Below, piece by piece: positions 34,690 through 49,479 of a DNA stretch of 64,000 nucleotides. Within the stretch, counting starts at the first letter, position 1; every line of letters begins with the position of its first letter. The stretch is from Leucoraja erinacea (Eukaryota): the NCBI RefSeq assembly GCF_028641065.1, contig NC_073387.1, positions 28,706,001 to 28,770,000 on the forward strand, read 5' to 3'. The notes beneath the pieces are model-generated. The model made no database searches. It worked only from the letters and a program-made list of their open reading frames with translations, and was not told the origin of the DNA. The position numbers were made by a program, and so were the translations under genes.

Positions 34690-36992
34690 AGGATATGTAT
34701 GTCCCCATTAGAGTGAAGGCAAAGCAGGCAAACACAAGGAAGCTTGGCTGACGAGGGAAATTGAGGCATTGGTCAAAAACAAGAAGGATGCATGGGACAG
34801 GTATAGGCAGCTAGGATCAAGTTCCTGGGAAGGAGTTTTGGGAACTAAAGGACCTGTCCCACTGTACGAGCAAATTCAAGAGTTCTCCCGAGTTTCCCCC
34901 GATTCAAACTCGGAGAATTACGGTAATAGCCGCTCGTAGGTACTCGGGCTCTCGTGGACATTTTTCAACATGTTGAAAAATCTTCATGAGTCTTCACGAG
35001 TTTACCGCGTTTCCCGAGTACCTGCCGTTAGCGTTACGAGCCGCTAAGAGACGTCCCGAGCCCCGACGTACCCGCTACGTACATTCTACTTGCTTACCAC
35101 GAGTTTGATTTTTTTTTTAATTCAGGAGAGCTCTTGAATTACCTCGTACAGTGGGACAGGCCCTTAAAGACTAAACTGAAAAAGGAGATCAGAAGGGCAA
35201 AAAGGGGCCAGGAGATAGCTCTGGTGGGTACCTTTAAGGACAGTCCAAAAATATATTATAAATACATAAGGCGGGAAAGGGTAACAAGAGAGAAAGTGGG
35301 ACCTCTCAGGAATCAAAGCAGTCGCCTCTGTGTGGAGCCACAGGAGATGGGCAAGGTCCTCAATTAGTATTTCTCTTCTGTATTTACTGAGGAGAAAGAC
35401 TGTAGGATGGAGAAACTTGGGGCAGTCAATGGAAGTACTGAAGGTACTATTATGTATGAAGGTAAACAAATCTCCAGGGGCTGATCAAATATATCTGAGG
35501 ACATTGAGGGAAACCAGAGAGGAAATTGTTGGAGCCCTGGTTGAAATTTATGAGTAGTCCTTAAATACAGGAGAGATGCCGGAAGACTGGAGGGTGGCAA
35601 ATGGTGTGCCTCTTTCCAAGAAGGGCTGCAGGGAAAATGCTGGGAACCATAGGCCGATGAGCTTAACATCTGTAGTTGGAAAGTTACTAGAGAATATTCT
35701 GAGGGATAGGTTATACAGGCATTTGGACGGGCAAGGGCTGATTATGGTTAGTCAGCATGATTTTGTACGTGGGAGGTCGTGTGTCACAAATATGATTGAT
35801 TTTTTTGAAGACGTGACCAAAAGGTTTGATGAGGACTGAGCTGCAGATTATGGATTTCAGTAAAGCATTTGACAAGATTCCGCATGGTAGACTGCTCTGG
35901 AAGGTTAGATTGCATGGGATCCAAGGCGAGACAGCTGAAAATATAGCAAATTGGCCCCATGGAAGGAAGCAGAGGGTGATGGTGGAAGGTTGCTTCTCTG
36001 ACTGGAAGCCTGTGACTAGTGGTGTGCCTTAGGGTTCGGTGCTGGTCCCATTACTGTTTGTCATCTACATCAATGATTTGGATGAGAACATACAGGGCAA
36101 GATTAGCAAGTTTGCTGATGAAAAGTGGGGGGTTGTGCAGATAGTGAAGATGGTTGTGGAAGATTGCAGCAGAATCTGGATCGATTGGCCAGGTGGGCTG
36201 AGGAATGGTTGATGGAATTTAACACAGAAAAGTGTGAGGTGTTGCATTTTGGGATGTCTAACAAGGGCAAGACCTACACAGTGAATGGTATGCCTCTGGG
36301 GAGTGTTGCAGAACAGAGGGATCTAGCAGTGCAGGTGCATGGTTCTTTGAAGGTTGAGTCACAGGTAGATAAGGTGGTCTAAAAGGTTTTTGGCACGTTA
36401 GGATTCATCAGTCAGAATATTGAGTATAGAAGTTGGGAGGTCATGTTGCTGTTGTATAAGACATTGGTGAGACCGTATTTAGAACATTGTGTTCAGTTCT
36501 GGGCACCATATTATAGGAAAGATATTGTCAAGCTTGAAAGGGTTCAGAGAAGATTTATGAGGATGTTGCCAGGACTAGAGGATGTGAGCTATAGGGAGAG
36601 GTCTCTATTCCTTGAGGGGTGATCTTATAGAGGTGTATAAAATCATGAAAGGAATAGATCAGGTCGATGCACAGTCTCTTGCCCAGAGTAGGGGAATCGA
36701 GGACCGGAGGACATAGGTTCATGGTGAAGGGGAAAATATTGAATAGAATCTGAGGGGTAACTTGTTCACACAAAGGGTGATGGGTGTATGAAACAAACTG
36801 CCAGATGAGGTAGTTAAAGCTGGGACTATCCCAACATTTATGAAACAGTTAGACAATAACATGGATTGAACAGGTTTGGAGGGATATGGACCAAGCGCGG
36901 GCAGGTGGGACTAGTGTAGCTGGGACATGTTGGCCGGTGTGGGCAAGTTGGGCCGAAGGGCCTGCTTCCACACTGTATCACTCCATGACTCT
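34690..36992 (+). mobile_element. 5'-truncated CR1 LINE (decayed ORF2 RT region plus 3' UTR)
   Basis: PEDWRVAN, HRPMSLTSVVGKLLE, MDFSKAFDKIPH, VTSGVP*GSVL, KFAD; stops and frameshifts. Confidence 0.95.
34849..35164. mobile_element. PIF/Harbinger-like MITE nested in CR1
   Basis: TIR AGGACCTGTCCCACTGTACGAG / CTCGTACAGTGGGACAGGCCCT; TAA TSD. Confidence 0.85.
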
Positions 36993-39209
36993 AACCTAGT
37001 TCTCTATTTCCCAGTGGTAAATCATTGTCCTGCCATCTTCTCAGACTGCAACATTCTAAATTTGATAACATTTTGGTGTCTTTAAGTTTTCTAAGTGTTG
37101 CTGCTTGTAAGTTTATTACATTCTAATGGCAATGTCTGGTTCAAAATTACACCCAGTCTTTCAATGTACATTTACATTTATAATGTACTACTCCACAGTA
37201 TCTCCCTCACTGGAATTATGAGGCAGCAACACTATCTGTGTGCCACTGAGCAATCTTAAATCAGTGCTCTCTGATGACTGCCTTTCTTAGAATCTGGAAA
37301 GTATTTTTTGTTTTTGTTTTTTATAAGCATTATGTTGAGTACTTCCATTATAACTTCCCTTAAACCTCCTCCATAGTAAGAAGAAGAACTTTAGCTTTCT
37401 GTGTCTCCAGATAACCAAATTCCTAGATTCTATTATCCTTATCATAACATGTCCACTCAGTCTTGACCTTGTTCAACATGAGCAGTTGTGATATTGGGTC
37501 CACTGTTCAACAGCAAAATAATGTTTATTTTGAAATTTATACACATGGAAGCACTTGTTGATTCATCAAAGTTGCCTTTATCATCCAAAAGTCATTTCCA
37601 TGGAAAATGTCAACTTTAATATCGTGCAGCCTGCCAAAGTATTGTATGATGCATTTTTTAATAAAGTTACCTTGTTAGATGATTGGATTGTGACAGCAAT
37701 CATCTCTGAGAAAGAGGTAATAAAACAACACATATTATCTCAAATAAGTGGGTAGAATGAGTCATACTTGCTGATTAGTATTTTTCTGAGCATAGGAATA
37801 TAGTTGTAAAACTCTGCTTGCAACTATCGGTCTTAAATTAACTAGGCTTGTTTTTAAACCTATTTTGCATCACAATTAGATTCCTGAATATCTTTGTAAG
37901 GAAGTGAAAAGATTAAAATGAAAAGGAGAAAAAATTAAACATGGTTAACTCTATTGGAGCTGCTTTCAATTATTACAATTATTATTATTATACGATATTT
38001 TTATTAGGCAGGGGTTTTATTTTGCTTAGTGATGCTGGATCATATGGTTAGTTGAAGGTTGAGTGTGCTTGGCTCAAAAGAACAGCAAGACACCATCAAA
38101 TCAGAAGGAGAAAGGGTTGGTAGCATGATCTGTCACAGTACTGTTCAATCAAGATAAATAATACAGTATTCAAGTACAAATTAAATTTGTCTACCAAGGC
38201 AGGAGGCAGCACAACAACAGGCTGCCCCCTCTAATTTGGGTAAGTAACTCAATCATCGCATTACTAATTAAATCAGCACTGTCCAAACACGCAAGCATAA
38301 ATTAAATTGGTTTCTCTGCGTAAATACCTAATGTGTTTTAAGTTCCTTTCCTTCCCTTTTCTGAAAACAAATTGAAAGCAAAGCACAGCAGAAAAATGCA
38401 GAGAACAGCATCTCAGCTGTAACACAGGAAGCATCACAGGAAACTGAGCACTGCGTCTTTTGTGTACGTCAAGGTTTCTTTGTAGAGGTCGCAGGGATTG
38501 TCGTACACAATGGCAGAAAAAAGTCTGAGATGGCAGGAAGTTTTTAATTAATTGATTAGATGGGTAGTAAAATGGCAAATGGAATTCAAATAGGGAGGTG
38601 TGTGCATTACATTTGCTGAGACTTAGTGAACACTTGATGCATGGGAGGAAATGGACAAGTGCGGGTAAATGAAAAGCAAGACAGATACTTGCCTTCATTA
38701 ACTATTTTTTTTAATACAACCAAGTCAAACTCAAGTACAAACGATAGAACAAAGGGGAACAGAATATAGAATGTCCTTCTCAGCATTGTATTGCATCAGT
38801 TCCAAAGACAAAGTCCAATGTCCACAATGGGGTAGAGGTGAATCAGACAGTGGCCTAAGCTAGTGGAGGGATTGTTCAGAAGCCTTATAACAAGGGGGAA
38901 GATGCTGTGAAATTTAACACGCTGCAGACAGAAGCTGATATTTTATCACAGTAACTAAAGAGAAACTAAAAAAAAACTAAAAGAGGTCTGAATAGAGTGG
39001 AAAGAATTATTTCCCCTGGCAATGAAGTCAAAAGCAAGAGTGCATAAAATAACAGGTTAGCATTTCTCCACAACTGCTTTTATCAAACAAGCCACCATTA
39101 TGGTCTATCTAAAATAGTGCCCATTCTTCTTCTCACTGTTCCCTTTCTCCAAAATCAATATGTCCACCATTTATGGCTCTTGCTTCAAGTGCAACAACCA
39201 GCTAAAGTT

Positions 39210-39343
39210 AAGACTGAAGAAGGGTCTCAACCCAAAACGTCACCCATTCCTTCTCTCCAGAGATGATGCCTGTCCCACTGAGTCACTCCAGCTATTTGTG
39301 TCTATCTTCGGTTTATACCAGCATCTGCAATTCCTTCTTACAC
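39210..39343 (+). mobile_element. Penelope terminal fragment with mutated hammerhead core
   Basis: ctgaagaagggtctcaacccaaaacgtcacc...ccagcatctgcaattccttctta. Confidence 0.7.
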
Positions 39344-40994
39344 AACCAGTCAAAGTTCCTCTTATGCTGTGTTGATTACAAATACTTCTCCACATGTATC
39401 TAATAAATTGAAACATTTAGATGTAAGCTTTGTCCCTCAAGCTCTATATGCCAGAAGCTATTCTTTGCATTCAGCGCAGTTGAAACATATACTCAGATTG
39501 TCATAGAGTAATGGCACTACTTCAGAGATCCAGATAGATTTCTAACATCTGGACAAACAACAGGCAAATCCTTTCTCAGCTTGAAATGTCACTAATTGCA
39601 CGCACTAATTTTTGGTTTCCAGGCATATATTGGGAGTTCCATCCACACAAATAGCCTATTTTAATACCATCTACATTATTTTCAACTGATATTCTGACTT
39701 TAGATCCTGTCTCTGTCCCTGCTCCGCTCTGTTTGTCCACTCAATTGTCTTTCAATGTTATTTTCATTAAGCACTGTTCATGGAAACGATTTCCCAAACC
39801 ACATTACACATAAACTCTCCATACGTAAGACTTCTCTTTCTCAGCCCCAATGTTGCTAACCCCAGTACGTGCACCATCTGGTCCAGTTTAGCAGTACCTT
39901 CCCTTTTCCACCTTTTGTCTCACACTTTACTGAATTTAATCCCTACTCTTGACCTAGCTTGCTTTGGTTAGTTCCTCAAACTCTCAATTTAATTTTCCAT
40001 AACATCGAACAATATTTAGAGATGTTGTATATTTCATGAATTTGATGCTGTTTGTGTACTGTTTGGTACTTAAGTATTCAGTTAAACTGTTTTGCTTTCT
40101 TCATTAAATGAACAAAGTGTCTGCCTATCAAGTGCTCCCGTATGATATACTTCTGAAGCCACACAGGAGCACTTGTGCTGCTATCATGCTTCCCTAGCAA
40201 CAGGGACAGGACTAATTGGTATTAATAGAAATGGCTTTTAAGTCTGTGCCAGAAAACAATTAGTTCTTTTCCATTAGTTCTTTTACCATTTTAGTGCATA
40301 ATCTTAAGGATTATTAGCAACAAACTGATGATCGCAAACACCCACTAGTGTAAAATTATGTAAATTTAACTTCCCAATCTTCACAGTAGTGGGAAAACAT
40401 TGAACTAACACAGAAGGAAGTTTCTCCAGTAATATTCCACGATTAGAAACTACAAATCTAATAGAATTACTGAATGTAAAATTCAATGTTGGGCACAATG
40501 CAAAGTGGTTCTTGGTGAAGACACTGCTCTTTATACATATTGTCTGATATTCCTTTCCACTGATGTCAAAACTCAGCTAAAGTGTGCAACAAATGGCTGA
40601 TTCTTTGGAGCCCATCTCTGCCCTGCCGTGTATTTTCATTCCTTTATTCCTTACAATCATGGAGCCAAAGGATGTTGCAGCAGAGGAGGCAATTTAAATC
40701 ATCTCACAAGCTAACTCTTTGAAAGAGCAATTCAATCAATTTCACCAAGAAAATTGTTTTGTTTTTTTTAATGATGAAAGGGAGTGAAATTAGCCAGGTA
40801 ATTGTATATATATCTCAAAAATTAGAACAAGGGAAAAAAAGATGAGAGGAATTCATTGCAGTTTATTAATATTCTAATGAAGGAAGGTCAGATAAATCCA
40901 AAATAAGCACAGCAGATAAAGCACTCCATACTAACCAGAGGATACATCTAATGATACAGAATTAATATGACAGTTTCTCCAGTTATATTCTACT

Positions 40995-41413
40995 GCACAG
41001 TCTCTTGCCCAGAGTAGGTGAATCAAGGACCAGAGGTTTAAGATGAAGGGGAAAAGATTTAATAGGAATCTGAGGGGTATCCTTTTCACACAAAGGGTGG
41101 TGGGTGTATGGAACAAGCTGCCCGAGGAGGTAGTTGAGGCAGGGACTATCTCAACATTTAAAAAACAGTTAGACAGGTAAAGAAGGGTTTCGGCCCGAAA
41201 TGTTGCCTATTTCCTTCGCTCCATAGATGTTGCTGCACCCGCTGAGTTTCTCCAGCACTTTTACCTACCTTAAATTGATAGGACAGGTTCGGAGGGATAT
41301 GGACCAAACGCGCAGGCATGTAGGACAAGTGTAGCTGGGACATGTTTACCGTTGTGGACAAGTTGAGCCAAAGGGCCTGTTTCCACACTATCACTCTAGG
41401 ACTATGAGTCTAT
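40995..41413 (+). mobile_element. CR1 3' fragment with nested Penelope terminus (~41179-41270)
   Basis: Matches the CR1 3' end at 36670-36990; insert aagaagggtttcggcccgaaatgttgcc. Confidence 0.8.
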
Positions 41414-42014
41414 GACAGTCAGATTTGTCAGAGAATTGGGGCTCTGATTTTCATGCCTTATTCCTAATACTACCCTCTTTAAGTTTCCTATTAATATGGT
41501 GGGATCAAGGCACGTCCTCTACTAAATGGAATGAATTGATGAGGTAAGAAGGACGCAATAGATTTCACTTGATAACATTCTCTAGAAGCTAAAGATCAAC
41601 AAAGAAAGTTAGCTGAGTAACAGAAAACCGAGTTGCAGAGAAAAGGTTCCTTTTCGACAGAATGGAAGAGCAGTGTAGCATTGGTTCTATGGAATGGGCT
41701 GAGAATTATGAGAATTATGAAATACGATTTTTCTTGAATGAATGAGGAGAAACATAAACTAGACTGCAATATTTTAAAAGAATACATAAACAGAACAAAT
41801 CTTGTAATATATTTGAATAAAATATTGAAATAATTAAAAAATATTTTAGCACACTGGTTTATAAATAGAGGCAGAGAGTATTAGAGCTATGAAATGATGA
41901 TGAAACTTTATAATACATGGTTTGGTCATTATTGGAATGCTATGCCCAGTTCTGGGCATCACATTTTTTGAAAGATGTGAAAGCTTTCGAGAAGATACAA
42001 AGACGTTCATACGT

Positions 42015-42520
42015 CCATAAGTCATAGGAGCTGAATTAGGTCATTAGGCCAATCGATTCTACTCCGCCATTAAATCATGGCTGATCTATCTTTCCCTCTC
42101 AACCCTATTCTCCTGCCTTCTCCCCATATACTTTGACACCATACATTAACCTAATCATCCATGGGATCATTCTTGTAAACTTCCTCTGCACCCTCTCCAA
42201 CACCAACACATCCCTGCTCAGATATGGGGCCCAAAACTTCACAATACTTATAAAGCCTCAGCATTACATCCATATTTTAATATTTTGGTCCCTTCAAAAA
42301 AAAATGCTAACATTGCATGTGCCTTCCTTTACTACTGATTCAACTCGCAAGTTAACCTTTTTGGAATCCTGCACCAGCAATCCCAAGTCCCTTTGCACCT
42401 TTAATTTCTGAATAGTCTCCTCATTTAGAAAATAGTCTATGCCTTCATTCCTACTACCAAAATGCATCACTCCACAATTTGCTATGCTGCATTGAATCTG
42501 CCACTGCTATGCCCACTCTC
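42015..42520 (-). mobile_element. CR1 3' fragments
   Basis: catggctgatctatctttccctctcaacc; aatcccaagtccctttgcacc. Confidence 0.7.
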
Positions 42521-42726
42521 TAGAATAAGCGAGTTTGGTATTCTGACTGCGCATGCCCAGGTCAAAGGTCTATGCATAAACTTTGTTGGAAAGCAGTGGA
42601 GCTATCTACAAAGGGACGTTCATTTCTTCAGTCTTTTTCCAGCTTTGATTCATCTAGGTAAGAATATATTGCTTTCAAACTATGAATTAGTTGTATTTGT
42701 AGTCCCTTGGTTAAAAGCTAAGATTA

Positions 42727-43690
42727 TTTTCCTCAAATGCCTGAGGTGGTAAAGGTGCTGCCTTGCCTTACTTACGAGTGCTGCGGCGTGTGATGTCCAT
42801 ATCATACCCTCAGAGATGTGGACTCCTAGATATTTAAAACAGTTCACCCTATCCACAGTATCTCCATTTATCCTCAATGGTGTGTACGGCCTCGGATGAT
42901 GTGCCCTCCTAAAGACCACGATCACCTCCTTAGTTTATTTGATATTCAAGAGGAGGCTGTTGTCCTGACACCAGAGTGCCAGATCAGCCACCTCCTCCCG
43001 GTAGGCCTTCTCATCATTGTCTGAGATCAGGCCCACCACCACAGTGTCATCAGCAAATTTGATTATCGATTTGGAGCTGAATCTAGCCAAACAGTCATGT
43101 GTGTACAGGGAGTACAATAGGGGGCTGAGGACGCAATCCTGGGGGATCCTGTGCTCAGGGTGAGGGTGATGTATTCCCCCCCATCTTGACTACCTGGGGC
43201 CTGGTGGAGAGAAAGTCCAGGACCTAGGCACACAGGTGGGTGTTGAGCCCCAATTCCAGCAGCTTCTCGGCCACTCTGGTGGGGACTATCGTCAATTAAG
43301 GGACAGATGTTTAGGGGTAATATGAGGGGGAACTTCTTTACGCAGAGAGTGGTAGCGGTGTGGAATGAGCTCCCAGTGGAGGTGGTGGAGGCGGGTTCAT
43401 TGGTATCATTTAAAAATAAATTGGATAGGCATATGGATGAGAAGGGAATGGAGGGTTATGGTATGAATGCAGGCAGGTGGGACTAAAGGGAAAAAAATTG
43501 TACGTTTTAGGTACCGATACAATGGTGATCTTTTGAAGCAGGCAGGGACCACGGACTTGGCCAGGGAGAGATTGAATATTGTAGTGAGCACCGGAGCTAG
43601 CTGCATAGCACAAGACTTAAGTACTTGCCCAGAGATGCCATCTGGGCCTGCAGCTTTCCTCATCTTCACACGTGTCAGCGCCCTCCTCAC
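42727..43690 (-). mobile_element. Rex1/Babar-like LINE RT fragment with a nested plus-strand CR1 piece (~43300-43500)
   Basis: KAAGPDGISGQVLKSCA, YSLYTHDC, IIKFADDTVVVGLISDNDEKAYREEV, FKYLGVHISE. Confidence 0.9.
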
Positions 43691-43699
43691 GGGGCTGAC

Positions 43700-44750
43700 A
43701 CGCTTCCCGAACTATCCTCTGTTTATACCGAAATAAGTTAATAATCAGCGTGGTCAGATTTTCCTAAAGGAGGGAGTGAAACAGTCTTGTAAAAAAAAAG
43801 GTGGCACGGTCCTGTCCAGTCAGCGTCGTGGCAGCTCCACGAAATGTTCAGCCTAGTAAATCATTAACGGAAAATTGCTGAAAGACCCCGTCGCAAAAGG
43901 TATTATTAGTTTTTATGGCCTTGTATAATAGTTATAATAGTTTAAAAATCACTCTCTAAACCCGAGACCTCTCGCAGCTCCAGGGTTTTATAAAGCAAAC
44001 AATTAAAGGTATGTACCTTATTTTTACATTAAAAGGGGCTTCTTAAGAACCCTGTTAATAAAGTTTTCTATAGCGAGTAGCTCATTTTGGGCTCTTTATA
44101 TCCCGCAGTGTTTTTCTGGGCATTTGAGGGCACAAATCCAGCACAATATGAACGTTCTAAAACAGCGCGTTCGCAGGAACCCACTAGAAAGCCGATTTAA
44201 AATAGACTTTAATTTACAGCAATTGATCACTAAATTCCTTCCATTTGGCCTATAAATTAATGTAAATGAGATTTAAAAATCATGTTTTATAGTGAATTAT
44301 TTGTGAATATTATTTGGACACTTAGGGTATTTAAAAATGTTAATCATTTATTAAGAAATGTTTAGACCTAGTAATTGAAGTTTGAAATTAGCTACAATTG
44401 GGTAACTAACTAATTATATGCTTTAATTTCAGGTCATCCAAGTAAGATTATTTTATATTTGTTTCAGGATGCTTCAATCTATGATAACTGAAAATTTCAT
44501 TCAGTTCTCTTAATTTTTAAGAAGGTTATGGGCTTTTGACTGTCCATGATCACAGCTTTTTTGTTATGTCCATAGAAAATCAATAGGGAACAAGATGCTA
44601 ATTTCCAAGTATGAAAATGGCCATAACTTTTTTTATTACTTGAGATATGAAAGTGAATTAGGTGTCAAATTAAACTTATTGTTATGCTTTATCTGATGGG
44701 ATAAATTGCAGACTTGATTTTTTAAATCTCAAAATTTTGTAACATTGCTA
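43700..44750. mobile_element. Second, diverged copy of the 9493-10532 DNA element (right end intact)
   Basis: ~44200-44750 closely matches ~9960-10533 and ends ttgtaacattgcta. Confidence 0.8.
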
Positions 44751-45699
44751 CTTTATACATTCACATCCAAATTGTCGATATAAGCAATGGGCTGAGCACT
44801 GATCCCTGAGGCACACAACTAGTCATAGGCCTCAAGTTCAAAATACAACCTTCCACCACCACCCTCTGCTTTCTTCCATCAATCTAATTCTTTATCCAGT
44901 CAACCAGCTCTCACAAACCATCTGCCCAACATTGGAGAATTAATTGTTCTTTTCCAGGTGGGGTTGAATTCTCCAGTGATTTAACATTGAATTCTCCAAT
45001 TTTAGTTGACCATGACCCCACCCCCCCCACCCCCCCTCTTTCAATCGAATGGCACTATGCAGTGAAATGTTTGAGACATTTGATTTAAAATTAAGATATG
45101 CAAGTTGAATGTCAGAGATAAACGACATTGGTAATTTTGATAATGCCTCCAGTAAATATAAGTTATTGATCAGTCCACTTACTACAACAGCATTCCCTCT
45201 GTTCTGTCTTATAGTATCATTAATCTAATTGTCAGGAGCGAACACCAAATAATTATTTGTTTGTGTGGCTTCTCAATCCATCTGCTGTTACCCTTTATCA
45301 TCGTAATAATAGAGAAATAACGACACGTTTTGAAAGCTGTAGTAGGGATCAAAGTATTCACACCCTCTGATGTTTAGGAATCTGCACATCTAAAATGATT
45401 CTCAAATCCCTTCAGCATTTAATATGTGTCATTTCTCTGGCCATTTGTTCTGCATCATATCAAACCTCTGTTTAGTTTAAAGGAATTGACACTATGGTAA
45501 TGTGACTGTATTGCAGATCATGACCTTTGCATGGTCCTCCAGGGAGTTTCCTTTCACTAAATAAATTGAGAGACATGGCGCTGAGAAGGGTAATTAAGGC
45601 TTCAGGGGGTTTTTAGAATAACTAAAACTTGCAAAAATACAAACATAATTAAGAAATCATATGTGGTATTTTATATATATATATATTGACAAAGAAAGT

Positions 45700-45880
45700 A
45701 ACAACTGCAGATGCTGGTTTAAATCGAAGATAGACACAAAATAATGGAGTAACTCAGCCGGACAGGCAGCACCTCTGGAGAGAAGGAATGGGTGACGTTC
45801 CGGGTCGGAACATCACCCATTCCTTCTCTCCAGAGATGCTGCTTGTCCCACTGAGTTACTCCAGCATTTTGTGTCTTTCT
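45700..45880. mobile_element. Fold-back pair of Penelope termini
   Basis: Near-perfect inverted repeat centred at ~45803. Confidence 0.75.
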
Positions 45881-46964
45881 TTGACAAAGTAGGAGGTAAG
45901 CTTCATAAATACTACGCAGCAGTGACAGTGTATTCAAAATATTGGACAGTGCATCAGTGGCACTGTATTGTTAAGCTGATAGAGCAATGTTCATGGAAAT
46001 GAAATGTGCTGGAGAATCAAGAATGGGGATTAAATGCGGCAGAATTGTACCTATCCAATTCTCTCCCTCCCCTTTTTACAGTTTGCGTAAAACCTGTTGC
46101 CATTAGATCAAGTGTTGAAAAGAATCGAGAGTTGAAAAGTTTGAGGAAAGCTAGAACTATCAACGCTGGCCAGCTTTTGTGAATGTGATCAAAACAAAAA
46201 CAAATTGCTATTTATATTTTACATTGTTACTTTGATCTTTTGATGCACACTTTTCAAGGAATTTCAAGAATTTGCACACTGAATTATCATCACACAGTTA
46301 AAGTCTATGCTATATAGGCACACTAAACTGTTCTGTATTTATGCTTACTATATTCTGTTGTGCTGCAGCGATGCTGAAGAATGTCATTGTCCTATCTGGG
46401 ACACATGACAATAAACTCTCTTGACTTGACTTGAGGAACATGAAACCATTCAAGAATGTACCAATGTGCAATTTAAAATTGAAATAATTTAACAAATAAT
46501 GATAGAGTATATTGTACATAGAGTCTTCATGCACAGCTAGTGTGGTAGCAACATAGAGGTATAGAACATAATTTTATTATTATCAGTTGATTTTATAACA
46601 GAACTTCTACAAATAAGGGATTACAATTTGTGGTTACTGTTTAACACTTGACCTTACTTTCCAAACAATGTAAGAAAATAGCACATTTCCTTTGTGCACG
46701 TTCAAAGTATTGCTGTTTAGGGCTTCGCTATTACATTAGAACAATGGCCTTCATTTGAATGGTGTTCTGAACGTATCCAAGTTTGGATTGCACATATTTA
46801 ATAATTTCCCGGATACAGAAAACAATAACAGGTCCAAATCCATAATTCTTCATAAATAACATTTCCCGTGATTTCAAGGACAGAGCGAATAAGCAAAAAC
46901 TGAGACATTTGACAAAAACTACCGATAATCTCAATTATTATCATTCAACTGATTATTTCAATTA

Positions 46965-47255
46965 TGGCAGCACAGCCTCTTACAGTGTCAGAGACCTGGA
47001 TTGAATCCTGACTATGTGTGCTATCTGTATGGAGTTTGTATGTTCTCCCCGTGTGACCATGTGGATATTCTCAGGGTGCACTGGTTTCCTCCCACATTCC
47101 AAATAAGTGCAGGTTTGTAGGTTAATTTGTGTCTGTAAATTGCCCCTAATGTGTAGGATGCAAATCTAGGGTAGCATAGAACTAGTGTACCGGTGATCGT
47201 ACTGGAGTCTGTACAGACTTGGGCCAAAGGGCCTGTTTCCACATTGTATCTCTAA
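46965..47255 (+). mobile_element. V-SINE/HE1-like tRNA-derived SINE
   Basis: gcctcttacagtgtcagagacctggattgaatcctgact...tggagtttgtatgttctcccc...gggcctgtttccacattgtatctc. Confidence 0.8.
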
Positions 47256-48264
47256 AATACATTATTAATCATTCACTGAAATATTCATAATATCATCTTT
47301 GATGACACTCTATAAAATAATGAGTCAATAAGATTGGCTGGAAGACAGTAATGAATAGATTTTGCATGTTTTAAATCCATGCCTGTTGTGATTACTTCTA
47401 TTTGTTTAATCTTTTAAAATATTGGATCCATCTCCCCAAGCAAGTTATTTAAAGACTGGTGCAAGAATAAAGTCAAGCACTTCTCAATGCCAGCTGGTTT
47501 CACTCTATATGGGCATTACATTTGTACATTGTTGGAATTACAGGAAGTATCCTAGCTTCCAAAGTATCCCCTAGAGTATTAATAAGTGCTTGATCTCCAT
47601 GAACTTGGATTCCATCAAGTACTATCACTAAGGGATGACATTCTTTGAACATATCCTTGTAATGGAATTATTTAGCACTTCAATAGAACTAGTATTTAAT
47701 TGATTTCATCGAAGAAAGCAAAAAGATGATTCAGCAGTACTCAAAAAGATTACATTAATGATTTTTCAGTATTTGCTGCATCGTAAAATTCCCTTGGTCA
47801 GCTCAGCTTCCGCATTCCTACCAGAGTTCTGCACGCTTCACCCATGGACAAGCTGATTCTTTATTTGCAGGGCTTTCTGCAGAATAATCTGTGACAACTT
47901 CCTCATAAAATTAGCTAAAAAATGTCAGTTAAACAAACAAAACCGAAAACTCAAACTAAAGTTGAATCCCTTCAAACATTTGCTGATTAATCTTCAATGT
48001 AAGATTTTGCATAAACTGTTATATGTAATAGATAAAATATAAGGTTTTTTTACACAGAGGATGGTGGCTACATGGAATGCACTGCTCGGGGTGATGGTGG
48101 AGGCATATAGGATGGTGTTGTTTAAAATACTAAATGGGCATGTAGTGGTGCAGTGAATGAGGGGGTATGTACCATGTGCAGGCAGATGAGATTAATTAGC
48201 TTGGCATCATGTTTGGCACAGACATTGTGGGCCATAGGGGTGGGGTCCCTCTCTCTCTCGGTCT

Positions 48265-48515
48265 CTTTTTTTCCTTTTCAAAAACTTTATTCAGCACAAA
48301 CCCATGATACATCACATCAAAAACACAATCAGAAGTTACAATGTATCAAATAATCATTACAATACAATGATTCATTATTTACGATACTCTCAACCCCACG
48401 CGGTGACCAGCGCCCACAGAAGGCCTCCAGAGTCCCCGTGAACACTGCGTGTTCCCTCTCCAGGGACACGCGCGCACGGACGTAGGCCCGGAAGAGGGGT
48501 AGGCAGCCGACTCTA
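48265..48515 (-). mobile_element. Tx1/L1-clade LINE 3' end
   Basis: Minus strand CLPLFRAYVRARVSLEREHAVFTGTLEAFCGRWSPRG, then AATAAA and an A-rich tail. Confidence 0.75.
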
Positions 48516-48977
48516 GCATGACTCTAGGAGAATGAATGAATGTTGCAATGGTAGTGAGGAGATGGGAGAATGATCTCCTGGGAAGTGAGCCTGGGTGTTT
48601 CACTGCCTTCATGTAAAGCTGCACCTCAAACACTTGAGCTCTGCCATAAACATCAAATGTCTTTACTTTTCTTTGATACTCATTTTAAAGAACAATTATA
48701 ACAATGAAATCATGGCAATTATTGTGAAGACTATAATGCTTTTAATGCAAAGGTTTTCATTATGAGGATTGGTTATATAAACATGCTAATATTTATTTAG
48801 TTTAGAGGTCTCAAAAAGAATCAACAGCCCACCATTCAAAGGAGGGCTAACAATTACAACAGTTTCAGTATTTCTGTGTTTAACTGCACCAAGGCAGTTT
48901 TTTCTCAAAAGTCGTCATCAGTTTCAAAGAGCGATAATGGTAAACACTGACCGTGCGCCTATTGTTCGGAGCCAACA

Positions 48978-49360
48978 CAATGGTGCAGCAGGTGGAGCTG
49001 CTGCCTCACCAACATGGGTGCGATCCTGATCTCTGGGGATACTGTCCCTGTGGAGTTTGCATGCGCACTTATTTCTACAGAAGTTTCCTCCAGGTGCTCC
49101 ACTTTACTCTGATATCCCAAAGATGTGTAAGTTGGCAGGTTAACTGACTACTGTAAATCACCCAGAATATGTAGGTGAGTGTTGGAATCTGCAGTAGGCA
49201 GAGGCAAAGGGGATGAGGGGTGGGTGGGTGGGAGGAAGGGATGCAGTAGGCAGTTGATGGGAATGTGGGAAGAAGAAAAGGGGATGGGTAGAGTACGAGA
49301 TAGGTGCTTGATGGTTAGTGCAGACTTACTTGGTGGGCAAAAAATACTGTTTCTCATGTC
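48978..49360 (+). mobile_element. Decayed V-SINE/HE1-like SINE
   Basis: tggtgcagcaggtggagctgctgcctcac head; tgtggagtttgcatg core. Confidence 0.7.
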
Positions 49361-49479
49361 ACTCGCATCATATCATGATTCTACAATAGCCTCAAATTGC
49401 AGGCCATTGAGTTTTATGCACTTGTAGAATGTCACTCTTTGAGAGGAGCTGCTTTTAAACATTCTGTATTGTTTGATAA

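Noticed and set aside
47822-47876. 55-nt minus-strand exon candidate
   Set aside because: Weak pyrimidine tract, no recognisable peptide, expected by chance
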